Shown: piece after piece, positions 39,490 through 52,078 of the stretch
How positions within the stretch are numbered: position 1 is the first letter of the stretch
Layout of the letters: each line of letters starts with the position of its first letter
Assembly (NCBI GenBank): GCA_051362555.1
Contig: CM120647.1
Span: 5,952,001-6,016,000, forward strand
Direction of reading: 5' to 3'
DNA length: 64,000 bases
Source of the DNA: Lingula anatina
Lineage: Eukaryota > Animalia > Brachiopoda
Position numbers and translations under genes: made by a program
The notes under the pieces: model-generated
Seen by the model: only the letters and a program-made list of their open reading frames with translations
What the model was told of the DNA's origin: nothing
Database searches by the model: none

Positions 39490-40545
39490 GGTTGTAATAT
39501 TTTTTGCACACTAACGCTGTAGTGACTCTCACTGATTGCAATCAGCTAAACAGACATTATTATTATTACTTTAAATAATAATTACTGTTTGATTTATTAC
39601 TTTAACGTAATAATTCTTAAAATTTTTGAACACCTCTCTCTTCCATTCTGTTCATTTTTATTTACTTTTTTATTATTATGATTTCAAGTTGTTCACATAT
39701 ATGCAGTACACATACTGTAACAGTACTTTCTGAGGCATTCTAGCCTAGCTTACTTTCACAAACTGTTTCATCATCTGTGTCATTAGTAACAGACAAAACA
39801 TATTGTGAAAAGTGATTAATCAGTTTGTTTTGCATTTGGTAAGTAGTCAGTAATCAGATTATGATGTCATTCCCCAGCCGTCCATATGTGTTATCATGTT
39901 CAGTTACTCATGATTTCAGTTACTCATGATTACAGAGGTTATTTTTCAGTTTTAGGGTCTGTTTGAAACCAAGTTGATCCAGGAACTAACTGATCTGTGG
40001 ATCAAAAATGGTGACCCACTTAAAAGTTTGCTATGCAATCACCTCTGGGGTAGCACTAACACTCACCAGTTTATCCAAATGCCAAAACTGCCTTCAATTG
40101 GCTAAACAAAATAGGGTTGATTTGACTTGCTTTAGTCAAATTGAAATCATTTTTTCGAAAAAAAGTAATGAAAAAGTAGTGATTTGGCTAAGTGAAAATA
40201 TTTGCGGGGATTATGTGGCATGCTTTGAAGTTGGCCTGCCATATTTGATTCATGGACCAATTAGTCTGCAGATGAGTGGACCTTTTCTTGTCAAAAAAAG
40301 GCCCTTCTTTCATACCCTCTGTTGCCCCCCCCCCCCCCCCCCACACACACACATGGGTTGCATTCAAAGCCAGAGTTGATCCGAGGACTAACAGATCTAC
40401 AGATCAAATATGGCTGACCTACTTGAAAGCTTACCCCATATTTCCATAGGGAATCTGTTCACTGTCTTTTGGAGGTACATGCAGCATGCTTTCATACTTA
40501 TTTCATGAATGTGTTAGTCCCGCGGATATTCTTGTTCTGAATATG

Positions 40546-40576
<31 letters not shown>

Positions 40577-41533
40577 ACAGGAATGAATGTTGACCAGATT
40601 TGATGAGCAATCACCATACTGATCTATATGTATATATATGAAATCATATCAGTGCTTCCTAACTGCAGGCAAGTTGTTACATACACGTGGGCTGAGAATT
40701 GATGTTTTGTGTTGCATAGAGTCATTAAGGGCTCAGTTAAGGTGAACCATTTGTCAGAAAGTGGTCTTAAATGTGTTAATTGCTAGTCGTCAGGATGACG
40801 GGATTGATTAACGCGGTCTTGTTAAGTGTTAATTGCAGTGGGTAGATTTGGGAGTTGAAGGAAATGTTTACTATGTCACCTTGCGTTGGTTTGTGGAAAC
40901 TGAGAACATTTCTGTTCCAGCTGTCTTGAATTCATTGACATCATTTTGTAGATTGGGATTTCAAGTAGACATTTGTATGCCTGGTAGTGTTCAGACATAG
41001 AAGCATATGTGAATATTGACAGCGCCTGTGTCACGTAAGCTGTGGGCATTTCTGTTTAATCAGCCTAAAATGTGTTGATTTTAGTGGGTAGATCAGGATT
41101 ACAAAGATGCATATATGTGGTAATTTTCAGACATACATGTGTCTCACCATCACACGGTTTGTGCCGTACAGCATTATGGGAACTGTGCACTTGAAAGATA
41201 CTAGTGCAATGTTCCACTATCATTGACTGGGTTCCCATACCTAGATTGATTTAAGAGGATCAATCCATCTACAAGGGGTTTCTCACTAAATAGCTTTCAG
41301 CTTAAGAAGGTCTGGCATGCCTACTGAAGCTGCTTAGGATAATTAATTACCCCCTAGCAGCTTCTGTAGGCATGATGCAAATGTAAGCCGCTTATGTTGA
41401 TTGCAATTCAGTGAGAATCCCCTCAGAGATAGATCGATCCACAGTTAGTACGATAAGGTCTGACATTGATCCCATTGATGAAGTCTAATCTTTTCAATTT
41501 CAACTCCCTTTCAGCTCGTGATTCATGCCGCAG

Positions 41534-43644
41534 ATGACGGACTGCGAGACATCCACAACGTCGCTCGAAACATTTGTGAACACAGGGCGGACGGGGAGAC
41601 GGAATGCGTTGCCGGACATCCTTGATGCACAGCATGCCGCCGTAGGCACCAGCGACATAACCTTTGACCTTTCTAAGCTTTCGGGACCATCAGGTAATTG
41701 ACCATGTGTATGATATTTATTCCCCCTTCAAAAGAAATAAAAAAATAAATGAAAAGATACATTTTTGCTATGTTTGATAATTAAGTAATTTACTTAGTGG
41801 CGATCGGGAGTCACCCATGTATAATGACTTCTTTTCACGAAGGGAGAAAAATAAAAAGCTGCATTAACAAGTCACAGGAATGAGGTACTTCTTGTCTAAT
41901 GAAATAAATGTTTTATGCATCTTTGAGAAATAAAAAGTGGCTTTCTTGGGTAATGAAAATACCCAATGGGACCTTCATCTAAGGCCCCATTCACAATTAG
42001 GGGACTAACTACTCCAAGGGTCAAATATGGAGAACCACTCCAAAGCTTACCTTCTAATCTGTCAATAGACACTGAATAGATATCCCGTGGGGAAGTATTC
42101 AAGTGAGTCGGCCATATTTGACCCTCGGACAACTTAGTCCCCTATTCTGAATGGGTCCTGACACAGGTTTGCACTGAAGACCAACAGAATGACTCAGCCC
42201 ACTCTATGTGTGTTTGATTACAGCGTTCAAACAGTCTGTTTGAGTGGTTCTATTTTTATGTCTTTGTTGTAGGATTTTTATATCGTTTTGCTTCTCTTCT
42301 TGGCTAATGTCATAGTGGCGGTGTGACTCTCGAGTCCATTAAATCGTAGAGGCGTTTCCTGTCTTGAGAGACATCTACAGGTGGTATCCAGGAAATGATA
42401 GAATAGACGTAGAATAACTCGATGATGATGAGCCACAGGAGTAGAATTTCTTGCTGATGAAGAGCCACAGTGCTTTGTTGAATATTGATAAGAAAATAGA
42501 ATAAAATAAAAGTAGAATTTCTTGCTGGTGGAGAGCCACAGTGCTTTGCTTAATATTGATAAGAAAATAGAATAGATTCAAAAGTAGAATTTCTTGCTGG
42601 TGAAGAGCCACAGTGCTTTGCTTAATATTGATAAGAAAATAGAATAGATTCAAAAGTAGAATTTCTTGCTGGTGAAGAGCCACAGTGCTTTGCTTAATAT
42701 TGATAAGAAAATAGAATAGATTCAAAAGTAGAATTTCTTGCTGGTGAAGAGCCACAGTGCTTTGCTTAATATTGATAAGAAAATAGATTCAAAAGTAGAA
42801 TTTCTTGCTGGTGAAGAGCCACAGCGATTTGTGGAATATTGATAAAAAAAAATTAATCAGAGTGGAAGGGTAAATCTGATGGTTCCGTATGTTTTCCTGA
42901 AAGCTTTCTCTCCACACAATCCTGTTGTGTGTACCAGTATATATAATAGAGGAAAATTCTATATTGGCGGATAGATACTTTGATGTAACTAAGTGCCATT
43001 CACTTTACAAAACTCTTCTCATTTTCTTCACTTGTTTATTTATCTGTTTTCTTTATTTTGATTGATTGATTATGTTCAGTTATGTGATTATTTATTTGTT
43101 TATTTATTTTTACTTAGCATCATATTTGTTATATTCTTGTTAAAAATGATAACTAATATATTGAGTGGGGGGGGGGAAGCAATACAAAAAATTGTTATTC
43201 ATATTTTAATACAAATAAGGGCGCATTCCCATAGATTTTAGATCGATCTATCCCCGTGGGGAGTCTCACTAGATTACTGTCAGATAATCCGGTTTAAATG
43301 TCCGTCCCGCCTACTACAAGCTGAAAGGGGATAATTAAATTTTCGCGCTCGTTCGGCTGACAGCTACTTAGCATGAACCCCCAGGGAGTTAGGTCGATCT
43401 AAGTTAGATCGATCTAATCTCTGGGAATGAGGTCTAAGACAATAGTAGTACAGACACAAAATTTCAACAGTAACTATCTAACACGCATGATAAACTAATA
43501 CATTCAATGATAAATTTTGCTCCTCTTCTACTTTCAGATGACAGTGAAGACAAGAAGTCAAATGTTGCCTGTGCTGACCCCTATAGTGCAGATGCCAATA
43601 CAGGCAGTTCCAATACAGACTCTGAAAACAAGGAGAAAACGTAG
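41534..43644 (+). CDS. PKI: cAMP-dependent protein kinase inhibitor (PKI family) microprotein, 2 coding exons (41534-41693, 43538-43644), ~88 aa (91 aa if ATG 41525 is used)
   Basis: Translation: MTDCETSTTSLETFVNTGRTGRRNALPDILDAQHAAVGTSDITFDLSKLSGPS|DDSEDKKSNVACADPYSADANTGSSNTDSENKEKT*. This matches the vertebrate PKI pattern (MTDVE...FIASGRTGRRNAIHDI): Phe at P-11, Arg at P-6/P-3/P-2, Ala at P0, hydrophobic residue at P+1. GT at 41694, tttcAG at 43536-43537, phase 1. In-frame TGA at 41519 upstream; acceptor AG at 41513-41514. Confidence 0.92.
41982..42159. mobile_element. MITE-like element in the PKI intron
   Basis: Imperfect TIRs GGCCCCATTCACAATTAGGGGACTAA...TTAGTCCCCTATTCTGAATGGGTCC. Confidence 0.55.
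42440..42850. repeat. ~72-bp minisatellite, ~5.7 copies, in the PKI intron
   Basis: Unit agtagaatttcttgctggtgaagagccacagtgctttgcttaatattgataagaaaatagaatagattcaaa. Confidence 0.9.
43219..43434 (+). mobile_element. MITE family A copy in the PKI intron, TAA TSD
   Basis: TAA at 43216-43218 and 43435-43437; family A core sequence. Confidence 0.8.
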
Positions 43645-45109
43645 CAGCGATCCAGTCAATTGACATGGGGCCAGGAATTTGTACAAAATGATTCAAACCA
43701 GACAGATATTTTCCACATCTGAAAAGAACCTGGACATTTCTGCCATCCTTACCCAGTGGGTTTTTTATAGACCTGTTCAAACCAAAGGACAGCAGTTCTG
43801 CAGAAATCATATTATTCAGGGGGCCAGGGATTTTTTTAATGAAATTAATTAACACAGAAAGATATATCCCCATGTCAGAAAAAAAAAACTGGAAAATTTT
43901 TCCAATTTTTTTTTTCCAGTGGGTGTTTTATAGTCCTATTTACCAGTCTGACAGAGGCGTCTTCTATAGATTTTGCACAAGTTATGGGCCATACCATACA
44001 AAACCATACAAGCAGTGTTAGAAATTAACGCTGGACCGAATGCCCGGGGCTGACAACTTTCAGAATGGGCTGAGAAGTTTTCCCACCCGGCAGACATTCA
44101 GTACAGCTACTTTTCAAGATGGCTGGACTATGTCCAGCAACTAACTTTCCTAAGAGGCAAACACTGCATACCAGTATCATGGCCTTATTCTAACTGATAA
44201 CTGGTCAACAAAAACACAATGATGATAAATTGTTAATCAATTGGTTAGTGTATATGGTTTTTCTAGATTAAAGAAGGGGTTTGGGTCCTTTATAACATGT
44301 TGGCTGAGCAGGTCTTAGCATTAAGTATATTGATGGTATTTTATGCTGGTAAGGGAGAAATCTGTCCATTGTTTTCATATGTATAAACAAAATGTGGAAA
44401 TTTTTGTACACCCCCTTTTTTATATTAGGTGGTGTATATGGTGTGAATTGAAAATGCACTGTTTTGAGTCAAATGATATGCTTAACTAAATTTCTTTTTT
44501 TTTTTTTTATTTGTCTGGATAATTGAAGGAACAATTTTTATTTAAAGTCTAAAGTCAAACATTCAAGCATATAATTACTAATGAAATGACACAGATAGTA
44601 CTTACTTACCATTCCTTGGGAATGTTTTTAAATGTTGTGCTATATATGCCATATTGAGTTAAGAGTTCCCATTGTTGAAATAATGAACCCGTGTGAAAGG
44701 TCTCACAATTTAATGCTTACCAAAACAAGATCTTTCACCATAATGGAAAATTATTTGATAGAAAAGTAGTTAATGTCATTTGCTTGTTTGTCTAGGTAAA
44801 TAGATAAATATAGAAAAACAGTTTCTATTGGTGTTACATGTTTCCAGATGGTACAACAAAAATTACAACTATTAGGTACAATTAAAAAAGCTCAAGGCCA
44901 CAGATGGCTCCAATGTCACACAGATAGGTGGATGCTTTTAATCTTGTGCCTAGATCTGTTACTGTTTAGGTAGATATATATGGACAAACATAAATGTTGA
45001 ACTGTTGCTGTCTAAATGGTACAAAAAGATCCCTGGCAATGCAATTTGGCTTCACTGCACCATGTGATATCTATATGATTTTACAAGATGGCCTCATGGC
45101 TCCAAAGGA

Positions 45110-45280
45110 TGACTGAATGGTACCAAGGGATGACTGTATGATACCAAGAGATGACTACATGGTACCAGTGCTAGTTTCCATGGTACCAAGGGATGACTGC
45201 ATGGTACCAGTGTTAGTTTCCATGGTACCAAGGGATGCCTGCATGGTACCAATATGTTTCCATCGTACCAAGGGATGTCT
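45110..45280. repeat. Degenerate ~20/41-bp tandem repeat (catggtaccaagggatgactg) in the probable PKI 3' UTR
   Basis: Several GGTACC-centred units. Confidence 0.75.
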
Positions 45281-46105
45281 GAGTGGCAGTGCCTGTTTTG
45301 CACAAAGGATATTTTCTCAATCTATTTTTATTGTATTAAATGGCTAGCATTTTTCAGATTTTGACTTGTGATAGCTTTGTAAACTGCTCATATAAATGAA
45401 ATACATTAATATTTCAGTTTGTATTGAGGGCGTACAGTAAATCAAACATGAATATTGTTCATGATATATAGTCTTGTGTACTGCTCAACCAAATAGAAAA
45501 TAAATCACAAAAAGGTAGTATTTTTCAAGTGTGAAGATCTTGATGAAATGTAGTATACATTTGCATCATACAGCTATCTGTACAGCTCAAATGTTTTAAG
45601 TTATGAATAAGTTTGTTCAAAATGTATAGATTTCATCTTATACATAGGAAGTTGTTTAGATCTTGTTTTTGAATCATTTTGTTGAACATTTTATGAGAAA
45701 AATGTATTGGATGTTATTATTCTTAATGACATATTGTTGATAGTAATCAAGACTTCTTTGACTTATATTTGGTAAATCAAAATATTGTTTTATTTTTATT
45801 TTTGCTGGCTTAAAGACTACGATATATTCAGCCCTAATGCTTTGCCTTGGATGGTATTGTTTTGTCTGGCTGGTATTTTCTCTAGTTTATGTATTGTTTT
45901 ACTTTTACCCAGCAGATTTTCCTAATATTGTTCACATTTGTGAACTTATTTTATTTCTTTTTCAATAAGCCATATACACTAAACCCAAAAAGTATGAGAA
46001 TAATTAAACTATGTAATGCAGTGGGAAAAACTTCAGTTTCTGTAAAAAAAAGTAACAAACAGTGGATGCATTATCCATCAATATTTGGTTTAAATATTTA
46101 CCTTA

Positions 46106-46176
46106 GGGCGCATTCAGAACAGCCAACTTCAGAACAGCTGAATATGGCCAACCCTTCTGCTGTTCTAAATGCGCCC
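46106..46176. mobile_element. 71-bp mini-MITE (GGGCGCATT...AATGCGCCC), TTA TSD
   Basis: Terminal inverted repeat with TTA on both sides; the terminus resembles that of the family A copy at 43219. Confidence 0.65.
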
Positions 46177-46937
46177 TTAGTTTGTATGTTTATTTTATAT
46201 AACCATTCAAAATAACTGTGTTTCCAAACTTTTTTGGTCAGTGTATATCAGAACATAAATTGCCTTTTAATATTCACCCTGTGTTTCAGAGATTACTGAA
46301 AAGGACAGAGACTCGATGACAGTCAGGGTGACTTCTCGGTGATCTTTGAATCTTGGGGTATTTTATTTTGACACCATAACATCTGAGGGCTAAACAAAGG
46401 TTTTCTTATGATACTTGAACTTATTTTCATTTTCAATGTGTAGCGATCCTCTTCACTGATAGTAAATGACAAACCATGCAGCAGAGAATGATATTTAAAA
46501 TACCGTGATGATGCCAATATTTTTTGAACAAATATCATAGAATGGGGTTTTTATTTGAAATTAGCTAAAACTATATGAATATTGCCCACATTATTTGAAT
46601 CTTTGCAACTTGAACAAAATTTCCAGTCCAAGTGTAAGTAAAGAAGAGCTTTCCGTAATCGGAAGCAGTTCATCTAAATATTTTCATCTTGTTTGTCTTG
46701 TGGAATCACCAGGTTGAAACTGTTCTGGTTTTGTCTTATATGCAGAGAGACCTTTGGTGAACTACATGTACTAGATCTGATATGTTAGTCATCTTTTCTT
46801 GATTGTGGGAGTTTTGGATAAGTTATTTTTCTTTGCATGGCAAGGTTAAGTTAAGAGGGTTGTTTTCTGAACAATCCTGATGAATTTCAGTCTTTCCGAG
46901 GCTAGTGTAAATGTACTCGGTGAAATCCAATGTTTAG

Positions 46938-46984
<47 letters not shown>

Positions 46985-48294
46985 TTTTTGAATTTTTAAA
47001 TGTAAAACGGCTAGCTTTGAGAACAAACATGGATAATTATGTTAAGTATTATGTATGTTCTATAACTGTAAAGCTTTTTTTCTCATTTTACACAAAAAAA
47101 ATAATAAATAGATGAAAAAATTATCTCGTTTGTGTCCAATGACAATACCTTGTTAATCTGAGAGCAGGGTTGGTTTGATAATTACAACAAATGCAATGGC
47201 CACGTCTGTACCCAGCAATTTCAATTTACGAAGGGTTGAATAAAGATTTGTGAGCAGGCAAAAATTGCTTTTCCTTCTGGAGAAAATTAGATATGGCTGT
47301 AAATCATCAAATTTTGATAAAGTATCAAATTTTAAATAACTGATGAATGATATACAACCAAAATATCAATTTCATTCACATCGGTATATTTTTGATAGAT
47401 TTATGGTTTTATTGCATTCGGTCAATCATGTTGGATTGAGACTCTATTCTCAAGGTACCTGTTGCATGCCGTATGCCAACCAAGTCGACAGGTTGGTTTT
47501 TCACAAGAAATACACGGATATGTCTTTAGATAAATAGACAGTCATTTGATTCTCTGGCTTTTTGAAATTTGCCTATAAAATCTGTCACCCTGGTAGAGGG
47601 CAATCAAGTACTACAATTAACGTAAATTTTTGTATCTCTCCTAGGTCTGGAGCTCGTTCCACAAATAAACACCGTTTAGGAGATGAAATCGTAGTCTACT
47701 AATACTTACCCGACTACGTTGCTCTTCTCCAAGAATCTTCAAAGCCGCTTACCTCATTTGTAACCGAGAATCATGAATAAATGATTGTCTGAGCAAAGTC
47801 CTTAACTAACAGCAATGGCAATATCAAGATGCCTTATAGGCATGTAAAATACACCCGTATTAAACCAATCACTAATATAAATCCTTAAATAAACAGACGT
47901 CTCCAAGACGACTTTTTCTTTTATTTTTCTTTTTTTTTTTTCTACATCCCACTTGAGTCCTTAATGGCACCCATTGACATCAGTGTTTTCGGCGCACACA
48001 AGGCAACAGAATGGACGCAACAACACCCATGTTTCTCCGCGATCTGTAAAAGTGAACTTTTGGTGTATGGGCGCTTTTTCCTGGTGCATTGGCATACTAA
48101 ACAGCCAGTAGGCCTTTTTTTATTCCTTTCGCCTGATAGCCTATGTCATTTTAATACGTCAGATCACGCCCCTTTTCCGTTCCACGTGCTGAATTTTCCA
48201 TATTGTTTTGCCCAAAATCAGAAAAGTGAAAATAAAATACCACCATCTCAAAGTTTTATGATCTTATATCTGTCATCGCCCTACAAGGCTGCCA

Positions 48295-51127
48295 TTAGAG
48301 TGGTGTCTCTGTTGTTGTATCCAGTGGGGCCACGGGGGACTTTTTCCTGGAACGAGACGAAAGAAAAATCTGAAATCAAAATGTCGATTCGGATTTTCCA
48401 ATAGATATCCATTCAAAGCATATTTTCTATGTATGGCCATTCAGTTCACAGGCTGTGAGAACAAAGCGTTAGTGTATACTACGGCCTGTTAGTTTGTGTG
48501 ACATCATTGTTTACTGTGCAAAATGTAATAATTTTTAGTGAGCTAAGTCACAATTTTTTTTCAAATTAACAGAAAGTAACAAAAATGACATAATTAAGAT
48601 ATGTTCTTAACGACTCCTCGAAGAAAGAAAACGTTGTACATCCTGGCCAATAAAGACAAAATTAGCAAAAAATAAAAATGGATAAATTTCTACCTTAAAT
48701 TTTCGGCTTCTTCTATTGTTTCCGGGAGCGGGCAGTTAGCGGTTTCTGGTAACGCCAGCGCCATTATCCCCGCCACAACGGAAGCAGCTCCAAAAATAAC
48801 GAGGGGGATGCTTTTCCCTAGCACGACATCGGCGGCTATCTCATTCTGAAAAAGTGTGGGGAATTTTTATAAATGTCATGGGATGTAGTGAGTGAACGGT
48901 CGGGCACGCCCACCCCTTTTCCCCATAGCTATTGTTGTTTCTAAGATCCAACAAATACGATTTTCTATGATAATGCTCCCCCCCCCCAAAAAAAAAAAAT
49001 TAAATGTGAAAATAAAAGAAAAAGAAAAAAATAAGTATAACCAAGTGAAACAAGACAGAAACCATGATGTTTTCCGTCCCTGTTCCAAACATTTTACAGT
49101 AAATAGTGTTTGTCTACTGTCTTATATTTGCCTCACATTCTTCGGTTATTCCGTTTCCTTGTTCCCACTCCCTTCCCTTCCCGATTTGAGCGAAACCCTA
49201 GACCTGCCAGTAACACTCCTCCGTCACCCACAAGTGTTCTGCCACAGCCAGCACAATTCTACATCACAAACTTTTTACCAAGGAGGTTTTTGGTTCCGTT
49301 AGAGAGTTGGTTAGTTGGTTAGTTTGTTAAACAACCTAATGCAAAAAGTTATTGGCAGATTTTGATGAAATTTCCTGGATAGTTCAGAATTGGGCCAAGG
49401 AACAAATGTTAAAATTTTGGTGCTGATCCATTTATTAATTGAAGACTTTTAAATTGAAATTATTAGTTCATAATTTGTCTTGGCGGAGGTCCGCTTCACG
49501 CGGACCCGCTATCAACTTTACATGAGGGTTCACACTTACAACAATCACGGGAGCCGTCATGCCGCCCACCCTGCCCATCGTGTTGCAGAACCCCATAGCA
49601 AAGTTCCGAAGCACTGTCGGGAATAACTCCGCTGTCCAGATGAAGACGATGGCGAAGGCGACCGTGGAACCAAATTTGGCGATAAGGGTGAGGCAGACGA
49701 TAGACCACTTGTATGCTTCAGTGCCTGAAAGATAAAAAAATGTAATGGACCTCTATCTTAACATACGACATAGACACAAACCGAAGGAGGGGGGGTCAGG
49801 ACCTCCCTGACGCCCCCCCCCCCCTCTAAATCCGCCACTGATAAGGTCGCAATCATGCCCCGCCGCTCTATCTCAGTTTGCCAGGTGTTAATATTTATGC
49901 AGGCAGCTGAGTAGAGTGTGTTAGGTGAGACAGTTACCTGAATGCGTTGAGATGTGATGGACACCTAACTCATTGTCTTAGCACACCCACATAAAGTAAG
50001 ATCTCGCCTCTGGGTATCTCTTAGCATGGAAATACATTGTATAAGGTTTACTTTCATGGTCTATGAGAACATTTTGGTACAAACTGATCCCGAGTTACGA
50101 ACTGAATTATGAATTTTCTAAAAATTCCGTCAAACCCAGTCTTGCAGCTGTGCTACATTTTCGAGATAACGCTATATAATTTGTTTAGGCCTGAAGAATT
50201 TGTTAATTTTACAAATGTGATTTCACCACAGCACTGATCTTCACGCAGGTTATTACTTTTTTTGCCAATCCAATGAAACAAATTTTTCTATAATTCCGTC
50301 GGACTTGTGAATGAAATGGCGTTAGAGCAACCTCTAGGAAAGTAACTGGTTCGTAACTCAAGTTCATAAAACATATCTGTATTAATAACTTTGAACATCT
50401 ACCTTTCTCAGCGTATACTTCAACGAAAATAGTGCACAGTAACGCCAAGCCTCCCACCACCATTCCTGCTATATGAAGCGGTCTTCTCCCCAGCCGGTCT
50501 ATGACAAAACACACGCTGTAAGCCGGGAATTCCACCAGGCCTATGATGAGAAAGTTCACGAACACATCTCCTCCAATTTTCCCACTGTTCAGGCTCAGGC
50601 CGAAATAGACCATGGAAACGACAAACCTGGAAAAGATTTCATTATTATGTTACATTTCATATGAAAAAAATTATAGTTGTCAATGACTGTCCAGTCACTT
50701 AAACCACCACGAGGGTCCCCTTGGTTATTTCCGTTACCCGTAGAAGCCATTTTCCCCGTGATGCTTGAAACGTTCATTTTATTTAGTGTGATTCGTTTAA
50801 GTACCCCCGTAACAAAGATTTTAGCTTAAAAGCCAGAAAGCTGACTTAAGATTTTTCTTGTGAAACGGGGGCCATTTCAAGAGGAAATAATTACATCAGG
50901 TACTTTTAAATATTCTATCCATTTTAAGGTCTGAATTGGGAAAGATGAGTAGCTTGGCTACTCAAGGTTATTCAGGCATAGTAAATATGACTTTAGGACG
51001 TTTTTCAAAGCGGATAGTATATCTTGGAGAAACCACCAGCTTCTGGTCCCAGTAAGTCAGTTCCCTGGCTTAGTTGACTAGGATTTCCATAAGGGTACTG
51101 TTACAATGCTCCTGATAAATTAAGATG

Positions 51128-51164
<37 letters not shown>

Positions 51165-52036
51165 TAAAACGGGCCTGAAGATTTCCCTCAACTTACCAGT
51201 TTAACGCAACGATAAAAAGCGTCGTGAAAAGCCTACGTGAGTGGAGAATGTTAACAGGACTGGCGGTTTGACCTTCATAAACGCTGATATTTTCAAAGAT
51301 ATCCTCCGGGAGTTTGGCCCGATTTATCTTTGCCGCGTGTTTCAGTATGCGCTCTGCCTCGTGGCGCTGCCTTTCCTTCCCGCTCGCCAGAAGCCATCTT
51401 GGAGACTCGGGTATTAACCTGCATGATAGGGCGTGAATTAACTGTGTATAATTAACATTTTACCTGTATAGTTATGAAATTGCAATGATATCAGCCCTTT
51501 GTGGGATACACATAATAAGTTTGTTTTAATTATTGATATTTTTCTTTCAAAAAAAAAAAAAAAATACTGTATGTATGCCTTAAATGTATATGACGACCTC
51601 TTTTGGAGATATAATTGCTACCTAATTTCAAAAATCACAACTTTAATCTACAGTTTTGTTTTAAGATTTATGCCATACGTAATTTCCATAGTGAAGCTCT
51701 TTTGTGTAAAAAATCCAGACCATATATTCAACTTTAAAATTATTCTTTTTTTAACAATTTACTCACTTACCACCAGTAACTAACGAATACAAATGATGGC
51801 GCAGATATGGTTGCTATGAGATGGCGCCAGTGACGTAACGTGTAGGCTAGTCCCGTGACCAACACGTATCCCGCGGCAAAGAAATACTCGATCACTATCC
51901 CTACTAACATTCGTTTAGACGGGCCAACTAGCTCCATCGCTATGTGAGGAAAAAATGAAATATAATATACAGTTACAGTTGAATAATGGAATCCAGGATG
52001 TACAGAAGAAGGGGCTGGAGGATAATAATAATTGTA

Positions 52037-52078
<42 letters not shown>

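Larger units (their letters stand above)
43645..47110 (+). other. Probable long 3' UTR of the PKI gene
   Basis: U/AU-rich, no splice-like structure noticed; ends with a long T tract (~46946-46981) and AATAAA at 47103-47108. Confidence 0.5.

Noticed and set aside
42375-42755. 126-aa repetitive ORF (ALHQQEILLLNLFYF...)
   Set aside because: Antisense translation of the 72-bp minisatellite in the PKI intron.
47964-49322. 146-aa and 136-aa + strand ORFs
   Set aside because: Antisense to SLC22 exons, introns and UTR; no recognisable motifs.
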